Below the pieces are notes generated by a model. It made no database searches. It was not told the origin of the DNA and saw only the letters and a program-made list of their open reading frames with translations. From Candidatus Latescibacterota bacterium (GTDB lineage: Bacteria; Latescibacterota; UBA2968; UBA8231), in the NCBI GenBank assembly GCA_965206595.1, contig OZ242214.1:1056001-1120000 (forward strand): 64,000 nt of DNA. The letters are read 5' to 3'. Below, one piece after another: positions 56,062-64,000 of the stretch. Position 1 is the first letter of the stretch. The number at the start of each line of letters is the position of its first letter. The position numbers and the translations under genes are program-made.

Positions 56062-57270
56062 CTAAGCACCGTACTTGCGCAGTCTCGCGGCGTGAGCGAG
56101 GAGAAGGGCCATCAGGCTGGAACTCGGTATGCTCCCGATGCTGCCGTTGCGGCATCCCCTCTCGGAGAAGGCCGCCCCTTCGTGAGGCTGGGCCCAGCGA
56201 CTGGCGATGGCGACCGGAACCGGATGCCAGCTATGGCTTTTCACCAGCGACGGGGTGGAGTGATCCCCAGTGATGGCGAAGACTTCCGGTTCGAGTTCCT
56301 GAATGCGCGATACCGAGGTATCCATCTCTTCGAGGAGGCGGACCTTTTCACCGAAATCGCCGTCCTCTCCGGCGCTGTCCGTCTTCTTGAAGTGGATGAA
56401 GAAAAAGTCGTGACGGTCCCAATGCCGGCGCAGCAGCTCGCACGACGAGGAGAGGTCGCCGCCGCCTGGGATTGCGGACATGCCGACCGCCTGCGCCACC
56501 CCCCGGTACATCGGGTAGGCGGCGACCGCCAGACCCCGGAGTCCGTACACCTCCCCGAACCGCGGCATCTCGGGAATAGTGCCGAATCCCCTTATCAGGA
56601 CCATGTTGGCGGGCGATTGATCCCGCAGCCGCTTTTCGGCCTGGGAGAGAAAGCTCGTCACCGCGGCCTCCGCCCTTGATGCCGCCCCGTCGATGGCCGA
56701 AACCGCCCTGGGGGCGACACCAGTCTGCTGGGGGTCCGATTCAGTCAGGCGGGCGGAAAGACCCTCTCCTCGAAACACGATTGCGGCCCGGTACTCCATC
56801 TCGGGAACCAGTGAGATCTCCGTGCCGGGAAGGTCGATATCGGCCAGGAGCGCGCACAGGTGCCGGCACTGGTCCGTCGAGATGCGGCCGGCGCGCCGGT
56901 CGGTCACCCTGCCGTCGGCATCCACGCTGCAGAAATTGAGCCGCGCCGCCAAGTCTCCGGGGCGAAAGTCCATCCCCGTTCCCAGTGCCGACAGAGCCCC
57001 GCGCCCGATCTGCCAGCGCCACGGATCGTAGCCGAACAGGGCCAAGTGGGCAGGACCGCTTCCCGGTGTGAATCCCGGCCCCAGGGGCGTCAGCGAGCCG
57101 CACGATCCGCTGCGGGCGATGCGGTCGAGGTTCGGGAGCATCGCGCTGTCCAGCTCCGACCTGCCGGTGTCCGGATCGGGAAGACCACCGAGTCCGTCGA
57201 TCACGAGCAGGACAATCTTGCTGTCGCTTTCAGGGACCAGCAGTCGCCGGGTGAAGTCCGAGCTGATCAT
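56062..57270 (-). CDS. apgM: 2,3-bisphosphoglycerate-independent phosphoglycerate mutase (archaeal/ApgM type)
   Basis: IDGLGG, TPGSGPAHLALFGYDP, DRRAGRI, YPMYRG, HFKKTDSAGEDG, ITGDHSTP, HSWHPVP. Confidence 0.93.
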   Translation of the reverse strand: MISSDFTRRLLVPESDSKIVLLVIDGLGGLPDPDTGRSELDSAMLPNLDRIARSGSCGSLTPLGPGFTPGSGPAHLALFGYDPWRWQIGRGALSALGTGMDFRPGDLAARLNFCSVDADGRVTDRRAGRISTDQCRHLCALLADIDLPGTEISLVPEMEYRAAIVFRGEGLSARLTESDPQQTGVAPRAVSAIDGAASRAEAAVTSFLSQAEKRLRDQSPANMVLIRGFGTIPEMPRFGEVYGLRGLAVAAYPMYRGVAQAVGMSAIPGGGDLSSSCELLRRHWDRHDFFFIHFKKTDSAGEDGDFGEKVRLLEEMDTSVSRIQELEPEVFAITGDHSTPSLVKSHSWHPVPVAIASRWAQPHEGAAFSERGCRNGSIGSIPSSSLMALLLAHAARLRKYGA

Positions 57271-57285
57271 GGATGGAGGCCGTTT

Positions 57286-59079
57286 TCAGAACGCCAAGTC
57301 TCCCCTCACCGGCTCTCCCGAAGTGCTGACGACGTCAACGTCGATTTCCCGGTTGCCGTCCGCAGAGGTTTCAGGAACCGGCTCGGAGGAAACGGAAACA
57401 GAGCGGCGAGTGTGGTACATGTCGCGAACCATCAGCTGTACTCCGTTGCCTGCCCCTTCGTACATGTCCGGTTTCAGCTCGAAGGCAACCGCCACGTGGT
57501 CTCCCTGGGCGAGTTCGTCCGCCGCGACCCCGTTCCTCCACCACACCGCCGACGTCCGCCGGCCGTCGAGGTTGAGGACGACGCGAAGGTGCTCCCCTCC
57601 CTGTCCCATGCGGGCACGGTCGACTACCTGGAGATCCCGGGCGGCGAACACCGGTGATTCGTTGCCGCTTCCGAACGGCTCCATCTGCGCAAGGGTCTCC
57701 AGCGTCGGTCCGCCGATATCGGACGGGTCGAGGAGAAGATCGATCAGAAGCTTTGGCGCCATGTCCGCCTCGGTCAGCCGCTCGTTGGCATGCCTGATGA
57801 GGTCGGCCCGGAAGGCCTCGAAGTTCTCTCCTTGCAGCGAGAACCCGGCCGCCGCAGGGTGACCTCCGTACGTAGTGAGGTGTTTCGCGCAGGAACTGAT
57901 ACCGCCATTGATGTCGTAGGCCTCAATGCTGCGCGCCGATCCGACGTAGACCCCGTCGCGGCGCGCGTCGGTGACGATGACCGCGGGGCGGTTGTATTTC
58001 TCGACCACCGCACCCGCGATCAACCCGATGATCCCGGGGTTCCAGTCCTCGCCGAGGAGGACGAGGAGGCGGTCCATCTCGAGGTCGTCTTCGGACACCA
58101 GGCTCTGCGCCTCGCGCGTGCCTTCGCGCTGCAGTTCGCGGCGGCGGCTGTTGAGCTCTTCGAGCTCCCCTGCCAGGGTTTTTGCGGTGTCTTCGTCCCT
58201 GGCCCGCAGGAGCCGCAGGGAGAGATCGGGCGAGGCCAGACGACCGGAGGAGTTGAGCCGGGGTCCCAGATAGAAACCGACAGAGGTCGTGTCGACCGGT
58301 CCGTTGTCGCAGCGGGCAGCCGCCTTCAGCTGTTTTATCCCGGGCCAGGAGGACTCCTGCATGGCCCGCAGCCCCCGCCGGATCATGACGCGGTTCTCGT
58401 CGAGAACGGGGGCGACGTCGGCGACCGAGCCGAGGGCGACGAACTCGAGCAGCTGGTTGAGATAGCGCCGGCGCTTCTCCGGTGTCATGAAAGTGGTGCA
58501 GAGAGCCTGCACGACCTTGAAGGTGACCCCGACCCCGGCGAGACCCTTGAACGGATAGTCGCAGTCACGGCGATTGGGATTGACGATGCTGTGGGCCGGC
58601 GGCAGCTCCTCGTTCTGGCGGTGGTGATCGAGGACGATGACGTCGAGATCATGTGAGTGCGCGAGTTGCAGGGCCTCGAAGGCGGAGATGCCGTTGTCGA
58701 CGGTGATGATCAGCCCGGCTTCGCGCTCCAGGGCGGCCGCGACGGCACGCGGGCTGATCCCGTATCCGTCGCGGTGCCGGTTGGGAAGCATGTAGTCGCA
58801 TTCGGCCCCGACCGATTCTAGGAAATCGAGGAGCAGGGCGGTGCTCGTGATGCCGTCGGCGTCGTAGTCGCCGAAAACGAGGATCAGCTCCTTGTCGTGG
58901 ACTGCCCGGGAGATCCGTTCGACTGCACGGGTCATGTCTTTCAGAAGCTCGGGGGCGTGCAGGGCCTCGGCTCCCACCGCGAGATCGCTCCCCTCGAGGC
59001 CGCGGCACTGCAGAAGGGCTTCGCGGACCGAGGAATAGGGAGGTTCGCGCTGGATGTTCCAGATTGGGTATTGGCGCAT
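57286..59079 (-). CDS. recJ: Single-stranded-DNA-specific exonuclease RecJ
   Basis: FGDYDADG, PNRHRDGYG, ITVDNG, LDHH, LGPRLNSSGRL, GSARS, GGHPAAAG, EPFGSGN. Confidence 0.95.
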   Translation of the reverse strand: MRQYPIWNIQREPPYSSVREALLQCRGLEGSDLAVGAEALHAPELLKDMTRAVERISRAVHDKELILVFGDYDADGITSTALLLDFLESVGAECDYMLPNRHRDGYGISPRAVAAALEREAGLIITVDNGISAFEALQLAHSHDLDVIVLDHHRQNEELPPAHSIVNPNRRDCDYPFKGLAGVGVTFKVVQALCTTFMTPEKRRRYLNQLLEFVALGSVADVAPVLDENRVMIRRGLRAMQESSWPGIKQLKAAARCDNGPVDTTSVGFYLGPRLNSSGRLASPDLSLRLLRARDEDTAKTLAGELEELNSRRRELQREGTREAQSLVSEDDLEMDRLLVLLGEDWNPGIIGLIAGAVVEKYNRPAVIVTDARRDGVYVGSARSIEAYDINGGISSCAKHLTTYGGHPAAAGFSLQGENFEAFRADLIRHANERLTEADMAPKLLIDLLLDPSDIGGPTLETLAQMEPFGSGNESPVFAARDLQVVDRARMGQGGEHLRVVLNLDGRRTSAVWWRNGVAADELAQGDHVAVAFELKPDMYEGAGNGVQLMVRDMYHTRRSVSVSSEPVPETSADGNREIDVDVVSTSGEPVRGDLAF

Positions 59080-59248
59080 TTTGGGTACCGGTGATTCGAG
59101 GGAGAGGGCGTTTGCAGGGGGAGGGCGGCAATATACCTTGGAGGAGTGCCGGGTCAAGTGTAGATTCGAACCGGATTCTCGAGTTGCTCCCTTCGAACCG
59201 CTCCCCGCATCGCCGTCAACCACCTCTCCATTTTCCTGTTCGCACTTC

Positions 59249-60622
59249 GTGAAGCACCGGTCCGACGTCACCCGGTCCGTTGACGGGGCGCGCTCCGCGG
59301 CGCTGGAGGTCCTGTGCGCCTTCGACGCCGGGAAAGGAGCCTTGGAACAGATCTTCCAAGGCGAGGCTGCAAACCTCGACAGCCGCGACCGCCGCTTTGC
59401 CAGACAGCTGGTCAACGGGGTAGTCAAATGGCGGGCGCGGCTGGACTGGAGCGCGAACCAGTTCACAAGGCAGCCTGTCGAGAAGCTCCCCAGGGATGTT
59501 CGCAACCTCCTCAGGCTGGGGCTCTTCCAGTTGCTGTGGCTCGACCGCGTGCCGGCCAGAGCGGCGGTGCACACTGCCGTCACGCTCGCAAAAAGACGCC
59601 GCAGGGGAAACCTTGCGGGGCTGGTCAACGCCGTGCTGCGCAGGGCCTCGATCGAGGCGTCGTCGCTGCCGCTTCCCGACCGGGCCGGGGATCCGGTAGG
59701 GTACCTGGCCCTCGCTCATTCCCATCCCCCCTGGCTGGTGGAGCGCTGGCTGCAGCGATGGGGCGACTGCGAAACCGAAGCGCTGCTCGAGGCCAACAAC
59801 CGTCCGCCGCCGCTGTTCGCGAGGATCGACGCGCGCCGCGCCGGCGACCTCGCGGCACAGCTCCCGCAAGGCGCCTTCCATCCCGACCCGGTGCCGGATT
59901 TCGAAGGCTGCTTCCGGATCCGGGAAGCCGAGGGTCTGTTCGATTCCCCCGCCTTTCGCGCCGGGCTGTTCTGGATACAGGACGTGAACGCCGGTATCGC
60001 CGCTTCCCTCCTCGACCCGAAGCCGGGGGAAAGGGTGCTCGATGCCTGCAGCGCTCCCGGTGGAAAGACGGTGCAAATCGCCCTGGCGATGGGAGGCCGG
60101 GGATTGTTGGTCGCCGCGGACTCGGTGCCCTCCAGGCTTCGGTTCGTCGCTGAAACCTGCCGGCGCATGAGGCTCGAGTCGGTTGCTATCGTCGCCCAGG
60201 ATGCGGCGAAGCCATCCTTTGTCCCGGGCACCTTGGGGCCTGGCGGTTTCGACCGCGTGCTTCTCGATGTGCCCTGCAGCAGCACCGGGGTCCTGGCGCG
60301 CCTTCCAGAAGCGCGCTGGCGCCGCCGCTCCGGCGACCTGAAGGGATACGCCGCCCGCCAGCTCGACATTCTCAGAGCGGGGTACGAAGTTCTGAAGTCC
60401 GGCGGCGTTCTCGTCTACAGCACCTGCTCGCTCGAGCCGGAAGAAAACGACCAGGTGGTCGCCGCCTTCCTGGAGCAGACCCCGAATGCGGCACTCGAAC
60501 CGGCGCATCGGTTTTTTCGCGCCCCCTGGGCCGCGGCATATGTCCAGACCGTTCCCGGTCGCGAAGTCGGCGATGGCGCCTTCGCCGCCCGCATCAGGAA
60601 GAAACCGGTCCCGATCAGATGA
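59249..60622 (+). CDS. rsmB: 16S rRNA (C967-C5)-methyltransferase RsmB/Sun
   Basis: NusB-like N-terminus (LVNAVLR), SHPPWLV, DACSAPGGKT, DVPCSSTG, YSTCSLEPEEN; start approximate. Confidence 0.93.
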   Translation: MKHRSDVTRSVDGARSAALEVLCAFDAGKGALEQIFQGEAANLDSRDRRFARQLVNGVVKWRARLDWSANQFTRQPVEKLPRDVRNLLRLGLFQLLWLDRVPARAAVHTAVTLAKRRRRGNLAGLVNAVLRRASIEASSLPLPDRAGDPVGYLALAHSHPPWLVERWLQRWGDCETEALLEANNRPPPLFARIDARRAGDLAAQLPQGAFHPDPVPDFEGCFRIREAEGLFDSPAFRAGLFWIQDVNAGIAASLLDPKPGERVLDACSAPGGKTVQIALAMGGRGLLVAADSVPSRLRFVAETCRRMRLESVAIVAQDAAKPSFVPGTLGPGGFDRVLLDVPCSSTGVLARLPEARWRRRSGDLKGYAARQLDILRAGYEVLKSGGVLVYSTCSLEPEENDQVVAAFLEQTPNAALEPAHRFFRAPWAAAYVQTVPGREVGDGAFAARIRKKPVPIR

Positions 60623-61374
60623 TGAGATGTCTCTTGCGCAGGGTTTTTCTGACAGCGGTGACTGCAGCCGCCTCATTGGTTCTGGTTCTTCTGCTTCTCG
60701 ACAGTGTCGTCATGCCTTACGTGGTAACCGTGAAGCGGGTCAGTGTGCCGGATGTCAACCGCCAGTCTTCCCGCGAGGCCGCCATGCTTCTTGAGCGGGA
60801 GGGCCTGCGAATGGCCGTGCGCGACAGTGTCTTCAGTGAGGCCGTCTCCCGAGGACACGTCGTCGAGCAGTCCCTCGACCCGGGAGAGCTGATCAAAAAA
60901 GGACGCCGCGTGTTCGTCGACCTGAGCCGCGGTCCGCGGCTCCACGAAGTGCCGAACGTCACCGGAGGCAGCATCCGAGAAGCCCGTCTGCAGATTGCCG
61001 GACACCAGCTGCGACTGGGTGATTGGGTGTACATCTCATCCAGGGAGGTCCCGCGAGGGGTCGTGGTGCGCCAGGAACCGCCTGCGGGCACCAGCCTCCC
61101 CCGTGGAGGCCGGCTCTACCTGGAGGTCAGCAGCGGCTCTCCGTCAGCCCTCAAGTGGGTGCCCGACCTCGATGGGCTGCCGGTCGCCGCCGCCGGAGAC
61201 ACCCTCCGCAAGTACGAGATGAGCATGGGGGCGGTCATCAAGCGCCCCGGCAACGTCTCGCGGCCCGGAATCGTTCTCGGCCAGCGCCCCGCAGCCGGGG
61301 ACCGCGTCGCCCGGAATACTCCCGTCGAGCTGATTGTCAGCGCCGTAGAAACTTCCGGGAGAGGACCACAGTGA
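60619..61374 (+). CDS. PASTA-domain membrane protein (three repeats)
   Basis: N-terminal TM; VPDV / VPNVTG / VPDLDG repeat starts, each with a VxxQxP motif; typical rsmB-PASTA-rpe context. Confidence 0.88.
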   Translation: MMRCLLRRVFLTAVTAAASLVLVLLLLDSVVMPYVVTVKRVSVPDVNRQSSREAAMLLEREGLRMAVRDSVFSEAVSRGHVVEQSLDPGELIKKGRRVFVDLSRGPRLHEVPNVTGGSIREARLQIAGHQLRLGDWVYISSREVPRGVVVRQEPPAGTSLPRGGRLYLEVSSGSPSALKWVPDLDGLPVAAAGDTLRKYEMSMGAVIKRPGNVSRPGIVLGQRPAAGDRVARNTPVELIVSAVETSGRGPQ

Positions 61375-62066
61375 GACTCCGTGACCTGAAAGCGGAAGGG
61401 GCCGTGAAGGCCGCGGAAATCAAGGTGGGCCCGTCTCTACTGGCAGCGGATTTCTCCCGGCTGGGGGACGAGATCCGAAGGGTGGAGGACGCCGGCGCCG
61501 ATTTCCTCCATCTCGACATCATGGACGGCCATTTCGTACCCAACCTGAGCTACGGGATCCCCGTGGTCGAAGCAGTGCGGCGAGCCACCGGCCTCGAGCT
61601 CGACACTCACCTGATGCTGAGCGCCCCGGGGCAGTACCTCAAACCCTTCCGGGACGCAGGAGCCGATTCCCTGACCGTCCACCTCGAAGTGGCACCGGAC
61701 CCCGCCGAGCTGATCGGAAGCATCCGGGATCTGGGTCTCGGCTGTGGGATCGCAGTCAACCCCGGCACTCCGGTCGAGGGGCTCCTGCCGTTCGTCCCCG
61801 ACCTCGACCTCGTCCTGATCATGTCGGTCGAGCCCGGTTTCGGGGGCCAGTCTTTTCAATGGGAAGTCCTCTCCAAGGCCCGGGACCTGTCCTCCTGGAT
61901 GCAGTCCCGCAGCCTGGCGGTTCCGATCGAAATGGACGGTGGCATCTCCCCGCAGAACGCGGCGGAGTGCCGCGATGCCGGGGTTGGCCTCCTCGTCGCA
62001 GGCTCCTCGGTTTTCGGGGCTGGCGACGCCCCTGCCGCCATCCGCGCCGTCCGCGGGAGCGGCTGA
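61371..62066 (+). CDS. rpe: Ribulose-phosphate 3-epimerase
   Basis: PSLLAADF, HLDIMDGHFVPN, DTHLM, MSVEPGFGGQSF, MDGGI, VAGS. Confidence 0.96.
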   Translation: MRLRDLKAEGAVKAAEIKVGPSLLAADFSRLGDEIRRVEDAGADFLHLDIMDGHFVPNLSYGIPVVEAVRRATGLELDTHLMLSAPGQYLKPFRDAGADSLTVHLEVAPDPAELIGSIRDLGLGCGIAVNPGTPVEGLLPFVPDLDLVLIMSVEPGFGGQSFQWEVLSKARDLSSWMQSRSLAVPIEMDGGISPQNAAECRDAGVGLLVAGSSVFGAGDAPAAIRAVRGSG

Positions 62067-62173
62067 CCTCCGGCCCGGCCCCGGCGGCCGTCAAAATTGC
62101 CGGTTGTCTTCGATGCTCGTATATTCAGCTACTTTTGTCAGTCCGTTTTTCCTCTTCCGAACCGGTTGGGTCG

Positions 62174-63520
62174 ATGTTCGATCGCTTGACAGAGCGCCTG
62201 GATGACGCCTTTCGCAAGCTGCGGGGACATGGGCGCCTCAGCGACCGCGATCTCGACGACTCCCTGCGCGAAATCCGCCGCGCCCTGCTCGAGGCGGACG
62301 TCAATTTCGATGTCGCCAGGAGCTTTCTGAAACGGGTCCGAGAGCAGGCGGTCGGCCGCGAGGTGTTGCGCAGTCTGACCCCGGGCCAGCAGGTGATCAA
62401 GATCGTTCACGACGAGCTCGTGTCCCTGCTGGGAGGTCAAAGCGCCCCCCTCGCCCAGGCTGAGCGGCCGCCGACGGTGATCCTCCTGGTCGGCCTGCAG
62501 GGATGTGGCAAGACCACCGCGGCGGCAAAGCTGGCGTCCCACCTGCAGGGAAAGAACCGGCCTCCCCTTCTCGTCGGCGCCGACGTGTACAGGCCCGCGG
62601 CGTTCGACCAGTTGCGCACCCTCGCCGACGGGCTCTCGGTGCCGGCGTTCGGCGGCGGCTCCGAAGGAAACGGCGATCCGGTGGAGATCTGCCGGCAGGG
62701 AGTGGAAAGGGCGCGGTCCGGCAACCGCAGCGCCGTAATCCTCGACACTGCCGGGCGTCTCGCCATCGACGAGGAGATGATGGATGAACTGACGGCGATC
62801 CGGTCCGCTACCGAACCGGATGAGATCCTGTTCGTCGCCGACGCCATGCTCGGGCAGGACGCCGTCGAGACGTCCGGGAGGTTCTGCGAACGCCTGGAGT
62901 TCACCGGATGCATTCTCACCAAGATGGACGGCGACGCGCGTGGCGGGGCTGCCTTGTCGATTCGCGAAGTCACCGGGCGGCCGGTCAAATTCATCGCTGC
63001 CGGCGAGGGGGTCGAGGCCCTGGAGCCGTTCCATCCGCAGCGCGTGGCGTCCCGGATCCTGGGCATGGGAGATGTGGTTTCCCTGGTCGAAAGGGTGGAG
63101 CAGGCCTTCGATCAGGGCCATGCGCGGAAGATGGAGGCAAAGCTCAGGCAAAATGCCTTCACCTTCGACGATTTCCGCGAGCAGCTGGGGGCAATACGGA
63201 AAATGGGCCCTCTCGACCAGCTGCTGGGAATGATTCCCGGTGCCGGCAAGGCCTTCAGGGAGGCACAGGTGGACGACAAGGCGTTCGTTCAGGTCGAGGC
63301 GATCATCGACTCGATGACCCGGGCCGAACGGGTGCAGCCGCAGATACTGAACGGCAGCAGGCGGCGGCGCATCGCGCGCGGCAGCGGCACGAAGATCCAG
63401 GACGTCAACCGGCTTCTCAAACAGTTCCAGGCAATGCAGAAAATGATGAGGCAGGTGAACCGCCCCGGTCGCGGCCGGCGCGGTGCCGCCAGATTGCAGT
63501 TGCCCGCAGCGTTTGGGTGA
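62174..63520 (+). CDS. ffh: Signal recognition particle protein Ffh
   Basis: ALLEADV, GLQGCGKTT, DTAGRL, TKMDGDARGG, RILGMGD, M-domain SRRRRIARGSG. Confidence 0.97.
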   Translation: MFDRLTERLDDAFRKLRGHGRLSDRDLDDSLREIRRALLEADVNFDVARSFLKRVREQAVGREVLRSLTPGQQVIKIVHDELVSLLGGQSAPLAQAERPPTVILLVGLQGCGKTTAAAKLASHLQGKNRPPLLVGADVYRPAAFDQLRTLADGLSVPAFGGGSEGNGDPVEICRQGVERARSGNRSAVILDTAGRLAIDEEMMDELTAIRSATEPDEILFVADAMLGQDAVETSGRFCERLEFTGCILTKMDGDARGGAALSIREVTGRPVKFIAAGEGVEALEPFHPQRVASRILGMGDVVSLVERVEQAFDQGHARKMEAKLRQNAFTFDDFREQLGAIRKMGPLDQLLGMIPGAGKAFREAQVDDKAFVQVEAIIDSMTRAERVQPQILNGSRRRRIARGSGTKIQDVNRLLKQFQAMQKMMRQVNRPGRGRRGAARLQLPAAFG

Positions 63521-63584
63521 CAACTACACTTCGCCGCGCCGTTCCTTTTGCGAACGGTGCGCCATCCCGGAAAAGGAGATCCGT

Positions 63585-63965
63585 TTGGTCAAGCTTCGTT
63601 TGAAGAGAACAGGTCGCAAGGGGCGGCCGTTTTACAGAATAGTTGCCATGCATTCGACCCTGGCGCGCGGTGCCCGGTCGCTGTCGCAGGTGGGCACGTA
63701 CGATCCTGTTCACGCCCGCGTCGAGGTCGACGAAGAAGCGGCCGTAACTTGGCTCAAACAGGGTGCGCAGATGACGAAAACCGTCGAGGACCTGTTGAAA
63801 AGCCAGGGAATACTCGCCCGTTTTCGCGGTTTCGAAGGATCCGTTCGGGAAGGGGCCCTCACCAGTGACAAGCCGAAGCGGCGCCGGAATCTGGCGCGGG
63901 CAGAGCAGATCGTGGTGGCTGCCGGGGACGGGGATGGGCAGGAAGAGGCGGACGGCGGGGAATAA
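63585..63965 (+). CDS. rpsP: 30S ribosomal protein S16
   Basis: VKLRLKRTGRKGRPFYRIV...GTYDP...WLKQGAQ; TTG start after AGGAG; canonical ffh-rpsP order. Confidence 0.95.
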   Translation: MVKLRLKRTGRKGRPFYRIVAMHSTLARGARSLSQVGTYDPVHARVEVDEEAAVTWLKQGAQMTKTVEDLLKSQGILARFRGFEGSVREGALTSDKPKRRRNLARAEQIVVAAGDGDGQEEADGGE

Positions 63966-64000
63966 GGCGTTGGGTTCCGCAGGGAGTGAGTTGCGTTGGG

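Noticed and set aside
3849-63523. Many other long antisense or alternate-frame ORFs (e.g. 21802-24084, 13768-15780, 34042-36264, 45454-48045, 62138-63523)
   Set aside because: They overlap well-supported genes, are Arg/Pro/Gly-rich and motif-free, and are expected from stop-codon scarcity at high GC.
63966-64000. Start of rimM or a KH-domain gene after rpsP
   Set aside because: Expected from synteny, but too little sequence remains to support a call.

Overview
High-GC bacterial chromosomal window. It looks like a diderm, uncultured-lineage organism (lipoproteins, a LolB-like protein, an Minf_1886-type gene; Latescibacterota/Gemmatimonadota-like is only a guess). About 50 CDSs. I could not support any rRNA, tRNA, CRISPR array, transposase or integrase. 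Region 1-6.8 kb is the end of a defence island: a DUF1156-type adenine methyltransferase (runs off the left edge) and a DUF499-type AAA+ ATPase, with an ABC-ATPase plus TOPRIM-like (DUF4276-type) pair nested between them. The standout is a four-gene operon at 12.5-21.1 kb: (i) a 1594-aa exported M28-fold protein with degenerate zinc ligands fused to a MacB/FtsX permease, (ii) an OPT-like transporter with an inserted Fn3-like domain whose halves appear swapped, (iii) a protein with two PsbP-like repeats, and (iv) a stand-alone PqqD/RRE protein. No ATPase, precursor peptide or RiPP enzyme is visible with it. The rest is mostly housekeeping and envelope genes (hisC, rel, recD2, dprE1/E2-like, glgB, a split dpp ABC system, larC, an M23 peptidase, rlmN, L,D-transpeptidases, apgM, recJ, rsmB, rpe, ffh, rpsP), plus a BacNav channel with a TLEDWTD filter and two degraded transporter genes. 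Family assignments come from motif recognition by eye, not database searches. Many start codons were re-chosen by hand and are approximate.
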